Shown: positions 11,001-19,369 of the stretch, in pieces | How the letters are laid out: every line of letters begins with the position of its first letter | Numbering within the stretch: the stretch's first letter is position 1 | Assembly (NCBI GenBank): GCA_036339735.1 | Contig: JAYZAL010000072.1 | Location: 1 to 43,084, forward strand | Source: Candidatus Poribacteria bacterium | GTDB taxonomy: Bacteria > Poribacteria > WGA-4E > UBA9662 | DNA length: 43,084 nt | Direction: 5' to 3' | The notes under the pieces: model-generated | Seen by the model: the letters and a program-made list of their open reading frames with translations, nothing else | Databases searched by the model: none | What the model was told of the DNA's origin: nothing | Program-made: the position numbers and the translations under genes

Positions 11001-11990
11001 ATGGAACAAATGTCTAGTACTGAATACGTCTATCTCGTTGCTAAACCTATTGGCCGGGAGGCTGAGCTAATTAAGGCCGAATCCGTAATCGTGACAGGAG
11101 CAAAGCCCAGTGAATTAGGTGTCACAACTTCCGGGACTTTAGCAGATATCAAACAAGGTGCCTTCATTTCATCAGTTATCAAAGTCCTGATTTCAGGGGA
11201 TTCTGAATCAATAGATAATCAAATTGGCAGGAAGAAGTTGTATAGAAAAATTAGCGAATTGGGTTTACAAAGTCATAATTTTTGCGTTCGCCTGATCAAG
11301 CGCCCGAAGAAAATGAAATTGGATTTTGATCAATTCAAAGTAGCTCGAAACATTGGAGCTAGGATAGGTGGATCAGTCAATTTGAATCAACCTGCAACAG
11401 AATTTTGGCTTTTACTGACACCAAATAATTTCTGGTTTGGACGCCTTGAAACCAGTGCTGACAAACGATGGGTCCAGTTCAATAAGCGCCCACATACGAG
11501 CTCTAGCTCATTACCTGCTCGTATTGCTAGAGCGATGATCAATCTAACTATTCAGTCGAATGGTCGATTGTTAGATCCATGTTGTGGTACTGGTACAATT
11601 TTGCTAGAGGGGGCAAATATGGGTTTATCGGTTTTCGGGGCAGATCTTAACCCCAAAATGGTTTTCGCTAGCCAAAAAAACTTGGATCATTTTGGGTTAA
11701 TGGCAACAGTGGCCACTGCAGATGCAAGGAATATTTCACACCGGACGTTCGATGGGATGTTTGATGCGATTATCACTGATCTACCCTATGGGTTTGCACT
11801 TGTAGCTGATACTGAACGTGACCGTCATATCCTAGCGAATGTTCGTCATTTAGCCCCAAAAGCCACTTTTGTGTCTACGCGTAATCTCAGTTCAGACCTA
11901 GAAGACTTCGGTTATAAAATAAAAAGAATCGTACGTATTCCTAAATATGATCACTTCGTCAGACTAGTTTTCATCACTGACACAAAATAA
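11001..11990 (+). CDS. Trm11/UPF0020-like RNA methyltransferase
   Basis: LLDPCCGTGTILLE SAM motif, GADLN, IITDLPYG; N-terminal region may be THUMP-like. Confidence 0.75.
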   Translation: MEQMSSTEYVYLVAKPIGREAELIKAESVIVTGAKPSELGVTTSGTLADIKQGAFISSVIKVLISGDSESIDNQIGRKKLYRKISELGLQSHNFCVRLIKRPKKMKLDFDQFKVARNIGARIGGSVNLNQPATEFWLLLTPNNFWFGRLETSADKRWVQFNKRPHTSSSSLPARIARAMINLTIQSNGRLLDPCCGTGTILLEGANMGLSVFGADLNPKMVFASQKNLDHFGLMATVATADARNISHRTFDGMFDAIITDLPYGFALVADTERDRHILANVRHLAPKATFVSTRNLSSDLEDFGYKIKRIVRIPKYDHFVRLVFITDTK

Positions 11991-11996
11991 CAAAGA

Positions 11997-13709
11997 TTGG
12001 CCATGATTTTAAATCTGAAACTCTATCCTATTATTTCATCATCTTTTTCTGTTTTATTTTTTTGTTCAGCAATATTAGGTCTAACTATTAATCTACCTGA
12101 TGCTGAAGGTCAACAGAACCAAACCAAGTTGGTATTCACTCGTTCGGGTCTGGTTGTGGAGCTGAAGCCAAAACTAGTAGAATCCGTTGTCATTTCGATT
12201 AATGGCTTGGTGGTTGAGCCAACGATCTCATCTCAAAGAAAACACAAAACTATATTCTGCTTGTCTCCTTATGATTGGCAACTTGGCCAAATTTACCACT
12301 TAGAAATTCGCCGCAAATCAAGTGGACATTTGGTAACGAAGCAGACAACTACATCACCAACCAAGCCCACTCCATATTTGTTCGATTATCTGAGATTAAA
12401 GCAAATTTGGTCGCTTTTGCCAAGGGATTGTCGAATAACAACGGTCGATCTAGCCAAAGATCAATTATCGATTGGTACCAACAAAGGACATGTTGCTGTC
12501 TGGGACTTATCAATCCGATCAGTAATCTGGAAGAAACGATTTTCCGAGTCGATTATTAAGCAAGTTAGTTTAAGCCCAGATGGCCAACAAATCTACATCA
12601 GTGAGCAATCATCTGACGCTTGGTTATCCTGCTATTCTCTGGATGGTCACGATGAATTATCTTGGCGCTACCGATTAGCGAACGATGTCGAAACATCAAA
12701 ACCATCTTCTCCCTCATCTCAATGGTCTTGGTTGGAGTTGCCTACAGCGACCAAGTTTCAATGGATTAATGGAGACTTACTAGTTGCAGCTACTCACGTA
12801 TGGCCAAATAAACAGGGAACTAATGTCAGATCACAATTATACCGATTTGATTCCGCTAGTGGACAAATTAAATGGAAATTTCCAGCGGATAACCCTTTAC
12901 CGGTCTTGGTCAGGTGGTTTGATATTTCAGTTGATCGGTTAGCCTTTGTATGTGACAAGCAGTCCGTTGGGAAGCAGTACGATTCAGCCGGCATTCGGAG
13001 CGGGTCTATCGTTATTTTGAACGCCAGTGATGGGCAGATACTATTCCAAAAATCTTTTAAACCACTTGAACCTTACTACAAGACAGTCACATTTTGGCGA
13101 GGCGTGTCGATTACGCCTAATGGAAAGTCAGTCAACATCACCACAGATGATGGCCGAGCCTTTTTGCTTCGAGAAACGGATAATGAATGGCGGGAAATTT
13201 GGCAAACTGATTTAACTACACCCATTGTAGTTAACCAAATGCCTATAACAGCTACTGCTGGTACTGTACTGGCCACTGACAAATTAAGCCTGTTTGTTAC
13301 TGGCGATACCTTCATTCCTTATCATTTGCAGACTGGTGTTAGTCGTCCCCCGATGTCACACCCCAACGGTATGACACTGTTCGCCTATCAGTGGAACGGA
13401 CAATTAGCATGGCAGTGGGAATTGGGCAATATGCCACAAGGTATCAAGATAGAAAATGAGTATATTGTGGTTGCAAGTTCAGATTACGGAGAGGCTGGGA
13501 CAAACGAGACCAAGCCAAATGCATTAACTGTACTCGACTTGCAAAAAAACGGTACTGTAGTAGATAAACATGCATTTACTTACCGGTTGTCTGGACAAAT
13601 ACCTTATGACCAAATTGATATCTCGAAGCAATGGATCGTATGTGTGGAAACCACGTCAATAAGTGCGACTAAAGTCGAAGGGAAAAACCAAATCCACATT
13701 ATTCGATAG
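11997..13709 (+). CDS. Secreted WD40/PQQ-like beta-propeller protein
   Basis: N-terminal hydrophobic signal; GHVAVWDL, SLSPDGQ, SGQIKWKF and GQLAWQW propeller-like repeats. Confidence 0.6.
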   Translation: MAMILNLKLYPIISSSFSVLFFCSAILGLTINLPDAEGQQNQTKLVFTRSGLVVELKPKLVESVVISINGLVVEPTISSQRKHKTIFCLSPYDWQLGQIYHLEIRRKSSGHLVTKQTTTSPTKPTPYLFDYLRLKQIWSLLPRDCRITTVDLAKDQLSIGTNKGHVAVWDLSIRSVIWKKRFSESIIKQVSLSPDGQQIYISEQSSDAWLSCYSLDGHDELSWRYRLANDVETSKPSSPSSQWSWLELPTATKFQWINGDLLVAATHVWPNKQGTNVRSQLYRFDSASGQIKWKFPADNPLPVLVRWFDISVDRLAFVCDKQSVGKQYDSAGIRSGSIVILNASDGQILFQKSFKPLEPYYKTVTFWRGVSITPNGKSVNITTDDGRAFLLRETDNEWREIWQTDLTTPIVVNQMPITATAGTVLATDKLSLFVTGDTFIPYHLQTGVSRPPMSHPNGMTLFAYQWNGQLAWQWELGNMPQGIKIENEYIVVASSDYGEAGTNETKPNALTVLDLQKNGTVVDKHAFTYRLSGQIPYDQIDISKQWIVCVETTSISATKVEGKNQIHIIR

Positions 13710-13721
13710 TTATAATTTTGA

Positions 13722-14354
13722 TTAGTCAGTTTGGATTAGATCTTCATCTTCGATTAGAACGTCATCCGAAAAGACTTCATCGCCATATCTTTCAGTCGAG
13801 TTTGATCTAGGTGAGACTAGGGGAGGACTTTCGGCCTCTAACGGTTTATGTTCTTGCTCAGTTCGACTGCGTAATTCAGTTCCTTCTTTCAGAGCTTTCT
13901 GAAAGAAATTTTCTAAAACCGTACTCAATTCGGATCTGAGTGCATGAACTTCACCAGTTGTATTAAGTTGAACGTCACTCAAAGCTAATTCCGTTTGTGT
14001 TTGGGCCGAAGTCAATACATGAACATCCTCTTGGATTTGTCGAAGTTCTTCGACTAGCTGGCTCAGGAGAGCTTCCATCGGTTCACTCAAATCCACTTGT
14101 TGAGACACTTGGACGTCAGTACTGTTTTGCCTCTCTGTTACTTGAATAGCCAAGTTAGATACAGCCTCAGCTAACTTCGCCTGTGTTTGGTTGATTTGTT
14201 TGACTTCAGTTCTTAACGCTGTAACTTCGTTGACTAACGTGTCTGGAATAACGGTTACGTTTTTTGGAGGGAGTCGTTCTGAAATTGCTTGAATTTCTTC
14301 TTGCGTCTCGGTAATGTCAAATATTCTAGATTTGGCTTTTCGAACTCGCTTCAT
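13722..14354 (-). CDS. Hypothetical coiled-coil protein
   Basis: 210 aa ORF with heptad-like helical core and acidic tail. Confidence 0.6.
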   Translation of the reverse strand: MKRVRKAKSRIFDITETQEEIQAISERLPPKNVTVIPDTLVNEVTALRTEVKQINQTQAKLAEAVSNLAIQVTERQNSTDVQVSQQVDLSEPMEALLSQLVEELRQIQEDVHVLTSAQTQTELALSDVQLNTTGEVHALRSELSTVLENFFQKALKEGTELRSRTEQEHKPLEAESPPLVSPRSNSTERYGDEVFSDDVLIEDEDLIQTD

Positions 14355-14463
14355 CGGCTTAACCTATTAGAGGCTTAGACTTCTATAATCGACTATTACT
14401 AGTTGAAAGTGAGTTAATTATTGGTTAGATTTAATCGCTGGATCGGATACTTAGCTATAATTA

Positions 14464-14715
14464 TTAGCGTAGCTCACGAGACCAATTTCGGTCATTAACA
14501 GCGTCCTCTAACAGACGAATGTTTTGCTTCGCTACCTCACCTTTGAAGGTAAGAGTCTCTTTCAAGGTGCGGACTGTCAACCGAAATTGACCAATATCTT
14601 CTTCATTAACGGGATAGGTAGTGTCAAAAGTTGATATATTATCCAAATTAATATAGATCGTGGTCTGATTACTTGCACGATTATCATCGTTAATTAGGGC
14701 AACGAAACGACTCAA
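14464..14715 (-). CDS. Small hypothetical protein (TTG start)
   Basis: GAAGGAG RBS about 10 nt upstream of TTG; protein-like composition. Confidence 0.55.
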   Translation of the reverse strand: MSRFVALINDDNRASNQTTIYINLDNISTFDTTYPVNEEDIGQFRLTVRTLKETLTFKGEVAKQNIRLLEDAVNDRNWSRELR

Positions 14716-15276
14716 TTAATTCAATCTCCTTCAGCCAACTATCATTGTCATTCTACCAGTATTCCTGTGCTTAGATCAACGGTTTTATTCTAAGCAGTGT
14801 TGGAAGTAGCTATAGTTTTCTCTCTCAAGCAGAACAAATGTGCTCAGAGACCCAATAAATTGAAAAAGCAGTTTAGATAGAAAACATCAAATATGAAATG
14901 CGGCCTTGGAGTCGAACTATTGAATTATATGATTTTATTCTCTGAAATGTTGATCTCAATAGTAGAGTCCTGAATCTCGGACTAAATATATTTGTAACGA
15001 TTTTTCGAGCCTAAATAGTTCCCTTTTTCGAAGTTGACTATTTGTCAATTAATGAAAAAACGAACAAGTTGATTGCTTCTTAAGCGTTATAGTGCTAATT
15101 ATCTTTGCATTGTCTATAAGTGAAAAATTACCAAACCCCTTACTTACTGTTGCTTCGATTTTTAAAATTTTGGTTCAAATATTGCTGATAAACGATGTAC
15201 AATCCTTTGCGGAAATTGGTTGTTAACAGTTTTAAATGGTATTCGGGTAAATAATTCAAATAATTGAGGTTGAAGA

Positions 15277-16107
15277 ATGATGGGATTAAAAAATATAACT
15301 GTTTTGATTTTTTCTCTGCTCTTTTTTTCGAGTATATTAGCAATTGAAGCAAAAATAAATTTTGAAAAAGATTGTGTCGGTATGTGGCTTTTCGACGAAG
15401 GCTCAGGTAAGGTTGCTAAGGACAGTTCTGGTAATAAGAATCATGGATCTCTGAAAGGTAACGCTAAGTGGGGGAAGGGGAAATTTGGAAACGCACTTCA
15501 ACTCAAAGGTGCAGTCTCAGATTATGTCGAAGTCAAAGACAGTGATAGTCTTGATATGGAAGAGCAAACCACTATTATGTTTTGGGTTTCTACAAGTAAG
15601 AAGATGGATGAAGCTGCAAGGTGGTCTGATAGACAGGTTGTTGTTGGCAAACACTACCAAGAGTATGAAGTAGGGATTTATGACACTGGGTTTCTACACA
15701 CTTACACAAGCGATCTGGCTGGCGGCTATGATGAAGGAATCATGGCAAGTATGGGAGGAGTCGCCGGACTAGACCCTGATTGGAAGAAGAATAAATGGTA
15801 TCACGTTGCCTGGACACTCGATGGGAAAGATGAAGTTGCTTATGTCAACGGCATAAAAATCGGTGACCATGTCAAAAATAATAAAGGAACGGAGCCCGGA
15901 AACCACCCATTGGAATTTGGTAGACGAGTTGAAGGCGGATTACCTCTGACGGGGGCAATCGACGAAATAGCTATCTTCAGCGTGGTTTTGGATGAAAACG
16001 ATATCAAAACTGTAGCCACTCGTGGATTGAAACAGGCTTTTGCTGTTTCACCCAAATCTAAATTGACAACGACTTGGTCGGCAATTAAACAACGTGATAA
16101 TCCATAA
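15277..16107 (+). CDS. Secreted LamG-like (concanavalin A-like jellyroll) domain protein, copy 1
   Basis: Signal peptide; GMWLFDEGSG, GKFG, KWYHVAWT, GAIDEIAIF; tail AVSPKSKLTTTWSAIK. Confidence 0.9.
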   Translation: MMGLKNITVLIFSLLFFSSILAIEAKINFEKDCVGMWLFDEGSGKVAKDSSGNKNHGSLKGNAKWGKGKFGNALQLKGAVSDYVEVKDSDSLDMEEQTTIMFWVSTSKKMDEAARWSDRQVVVGKHYQEYEVGIYDTGFLHTYTSDLAGGYDEGIMASMGGVAGLDPDWKKNKWYHVAWTLDGKDEVAYVNGIKIGDHVKNNKGTEPGNHPLEFGRRVEGGLPLTGAIDEIAIFSVVLDENDIKTVATRGLKQAFAVSPKSKLTTTWSAIKQRDNP

Positions 16108-16175
16108 GCGGTATAGTCACGCTTTTATTAAAATTAACCTCAAAAAAATATTAAAAGATTGGAGATAGAACGATT

Positions 16176-17003
16176 ATGTTCAAATTACGGAAAAGTATTG
16201 TTTTCTTACTAGTCATTTTACTAGCATTCGTTACTCAGCTTTCAGCTAAGGTAGTCGATGATGTCGCGCCGGTTGGAATGTGGTTATTTGAAGAAGGAAG
16301 TGGAGCAATAGCTGCTGACTCTTCAGACTTCGGCAACGATGGTACTATTATGGGCGATGTCACATGGGGTAAAGGTAAGTTCGGTTCTGGTGTAATATTT
16401 GACGGAAATGAAGGGAACTATATAGAAGTTCCTGACAGTGACAGTCTAGACATGGGAACGGAAATGAGTGTCGTTCTCTGGTTTTATACCGACAAGCAGA
16501 TGACCGAAGCCAATCGATGGGGAGACAGGCAAGTTGTACTTGGTAAGCTGTATACGGAATACGAAGTCGGAATTTATGATAGTGGTCAAATCCATACTTA
16601 CACCAGTGACGTGGGAAATGGGGACAATGGTTACGACGAGGGTATTTTTGCTAGTATGGCAGAAGTAGTTGATCCAGACTGGAAACTCGGTACTTGGTAT
16701 CACTTAGCTTGGACGCTGAAAGGTACCAAAGAAACTGCTTACGTAAATGGGATGATGATCGGTGAGTTTGATAAAAATAATGCTGGTACTATGGGAGGTG
16801 ATAATGCACTAACTATTGGTATGAGGACAGGTGGAGGTCTACCATTGACAGGAGGAATCGACGAAGTAGCCATTTTTAATGTCGCTCTCAGCCCAGGTAT
16901 GATTATGAGAATTGCTGAAGAGGGATTAGCGGGTAGTATGACAGCAGTAGAGCCAGGTAATAAATTGTCTACCACTTGGGCTAACTTAAAAACCCAGCGT
17001 TAA
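16176..17003 (+). CDS. Secreted LamG-like domain protein, copy 2
   Basis: Same motifs as copy 1; tail AVEPGNKLSTTWANLK; GGAG RBS. Confidence 0.9.
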   Translation: MFKLRKSIVFLLVILLAFVTQLSAKVVDDVAPVGMWLFEEGSGAIAADSSDFGNDGTIMGDVTWGKGKFGSGVIFDGNEGNYIEVPDSDSLDMGTEMSVVLWFYTDKQMTEANRWGDRQVVLGKLYTEYEVGIYDSGQIHTYTSDVGNGDNGYDEGIFASMAEVVDPDWKLGTWYHLAWTLKGTKETAYVNGMMIGEFDKNNAGTMGGDNALTIGMRTGGGLPLTGGIDEVAIFNVALSPGMIMRIAEEGLAGSMTAVEPGNKLSTTWANLKTQR

Positions 17004-17214
17004 AAGTATCTTGATGAGTAGTTTGTGCCTAAATTTAGTCTGTTAGTAACAAAATATACAGATAATCGCTTTTCTTAAACTCACTAATCTAAAACTACGT
17101 TTAGTTCTTAAGTGTTGCTACCTAATGCCAGTCTAATCTGGCTTGGCAGTGGCCTTTTCTCGCCTGTTGGGAATTATTCAACTACCATACTCTTGCTTTA
17201 TACAATTAACAAGG

Positions 17215-17631
17215 TGAACGAAGTTAGAAGATAGTTTGACAGACAGATTGTAATTGGCAAATACTTCATGGTTATAGTACTGGATTTCTGCACATCTATC
17301 TATACAAGCGATCTAGCTAGTGCTTTTGATGAAGAAATCGTAAAAAGTATGAGAGAAGTGGTCAGACTAGGCCCTGATTGGAAAAAGAATAAATGGTACC
17401 GTTTTGCCCAGACACTAAATGGAAAAGATGAAGTTGCTTATGTCAATACCATGCAAATCGGTGAGACCATGTCAAAAATAATAAGGGAAGACAGCCCGAG
17501 AATTACTCAACGTGGTTCTGGATGAAAACGATATCAAAACTGACGCTGCTAATGGGCTGAAACGGGCTTTTGCTGTTTTAACCAAATCTAAATTAGTAAC
17601 AACCTAGTCAGCAGTCAAAAATAAGTAATAA
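17215..17631 (+). pseudogene. Decayed partial duplicate of LamG gene copy 1
   Basis: Nucleotide similarity to about 15605-16100 (cctgattggaa.aagaataaatggta; aaagatgaagttgcttatgtcaa; ggatgaaaacgatatcaaaactg; ccaaatctaaatt), with frameshifts, an internal deletion and TGG->TAG at 17605. Confidence 0.85.
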
Positions 17632-17648
17632 TTTTCAGTTGTGATTAT

Positions 17649-17670
17649 AAATAGATTCACGAATCTATTT
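17649..17670. repeat. Perfect 10-bp inverted repeat AAATAGATTC-ac-GAATCTATTT
   Basis: Read directly from sequence; about 70 nt upstream of LamG copy 3. Confidence 0.7.
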
Positions 17671-17738
17671 TTGTTTTTAACCTTTAACTTTTTTTACAAG
17701 TCAAGTAAAACATATAAATAAATTTGAGGTCAATTTAA

Positions 17739-18551
17739 ATGATAAAGTCAAGATTAAACTTTTTAGGCTTAATAATGATTGTAATCTCTTTTGTTACATC
17801 ATACACTTTTGCCTTACCCGATCCAGTAGGTATGTGGTTATTCGAAGAAGGATCTGGAGCCGTAGTTAGCGATAGTTCGCCGGAAGAAAACCATGGAACT
17901 ATAATGGGTGATGTGGCGTGGGGGCCTGGAAAGTTTGGAGATGGACTAGTATTTGACGGTGTCGAAGCGAATTACGTCGAGATCCCTGATAGCGACAGCT
18001 TAGATATGAAAGAAAACATTAGTGTTGTATTTTGGTTTATGACGACTAAGGCAATGACTGAGGAAAACAGATGGGGTGACCGGCAGGTTCCTATTGGCAA
18101 ATTCTATGAAGAGTATGAAATAGGAATTTATGACTCAGGTTTTGTCCATACTTATACGGGGAAAGAAGGTGGATATGACGAGGGAATTATGGTAACCATG
18201 GCAGACACGATTGACCCTGAGTTCGAAGTGAATAAATGGTATCATCTAGCTTGGACACTAGATGGGAAAATCGAAACGGTTTACATTAATGGAATGATGA
18301 TTGGAGAAACCTTTGAAAAAGAGAACCTTGGTACCAAACAGGGAGAGAATCCACTAGAAATCGGCAGACGTACAGGTGGTGGATTACCTTTCTCAGGAAC
18401 TATTGACGAAGTAGGCGTCTACAACGTGACGTTAAGTGCTGCAGATATTAAAGAAATTGCTGAAGGTGCGGGGTTAGCTGGTGCGACGACAGCGGTTGAT
18501 CCTGCTAGCAAACTCACAACAACCTGGGGAAGTCTCAAAAAACAACGTTAA
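17739..18551 (+). CDS. Secreted LamG-like domain protein, copy 3
   Basis: Same motifs as copy 1; tail AVDPASKLTTTWGSLK; GAGG RBS. Confidence 0.9.
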   Translation: MIKSRLNFLGLIMIVISFVTSYTFALPDPVGMWLFEEGSGAVVSDSSPEENHGTIMGDVAWGPGKFGDGLVFDGVEANYVEIPDSDSLDMKENISVVFWFMTTKAMTEENRWGDRQVPIGKFYEEYEIGIYDSGFVHTYTGKEGGYDEGIMVTMADTIDPEFEVNKWYHLAWTLDGKIETVYINGMMIGETFEKENLGTKQGENPLEIGRRTGGGLPFSGTIDEVGVYNVTLSAADIKEIAEGAGLAGATTAVDPASKLTTTWGSLKKQR

Positions 18552-18667
18552 GATAATTCACAAATATTCTGTCAAGTACAGTCGTTGTTTATAGTAGCTA
18601 CAAAGCTTAGCTACTTATCAAGTCTTACATAGATTATTTTTCAACAAATAATCTGCTTGATTGTCAG

Positions 18668-18720
18668 AAGCTCTTGCTTTAAGTCAGTAGCAACTTGCCT
18701 GAGGTAAGAGCTTTTTTATT
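18668..18720 (+). terminator. Probable intrinsic terminator after the LamG array
   Basis: Stem AAGCTCTTGC...GTAAGAGCTT followed by a T run. Confidence 0.65.
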
Positions 18721-18882
18721 TATTGCAAAATATGCAATTGCTCTCATTTCTTGGTGGTTCGTTGGTCTCAACTTCTCTCTAGGATATGGTTAGAATTTCG
18801 GGCTCGTTCGATTTAGATTATTGTGGTTTGTCTCGACAATAAAAAGTAAAATGATTAAGGACTAAGAAGGAATATCTAAATT

Positions 18883-19347
18883 ATGCAAACTGGAATACTC
18901 AAAGGTATTGCCACCCGACCTAAAGCGAGAGCCGAAATGATTCAGTCCAACAGTACTCAGGTGTCTGTTGATATGGGTATTGTTGGCGACTACCGTGGAA
19001 CCAAGGTTAAACGTCGTCAAGTAGCTGTGTTGGCTTTGGAAAAATGGGTCTCGGCTTGCAACGATTTAAAGACCAAGCTCAGTTGGACTGAAAGGCGAGC
19101 AAATTTGCTGGTCGAAGGCTTAAACCTCAAAGATAGTACTGGCCAACACTTACAAGTCGGGGATGTGATATTAGAAATTACTGGAGAGACAACTCCTTGC
19201 GCTCGCATGGATGAGGCAAAGACGGGACTAATGTCAGCCCTTGCAACCGACTGGAGAGGGGGGGTACTTTGTCAGGTGATCCAGTCAGGCAAAATCACGG
19301 TTGGTAATTCTATTACTCAGGTGAAATTTCAGCCAGAGATGATGTAA
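18883..19347 (+). CDS. MOSC domain protein
   Basis: GIVGD, RQV, RRANLLVEG, LEITGETTPC..M, RGGV...V..SG.I.VG. Confidence 0.9.
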   Translation: MQTGILKGIATRPKARAEMIQSNSTQVSVDMGIVGDYRGTKVKRRQVAVLALEKWVSACNDLKTKLSWTERRANLLVEGLNLKDSTGQHLQVGDVILEITGETTPCARMDEAKTGLMSALATDWRGGVLCQVIQSGKITVGNSITQVKFQPEMM

Positions 19348-19369
19348 AAACGAAAGAAATTGAAATTTC

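Noticed and set aside
17215-17631. Diversity-generating retroelement template repeat for the LamG gene
   Set aside because: Differences are not confined to template adenines (C/T and C/G changes plus indels), and there is no reverse transcriptase in the window; ordinary decay fits better
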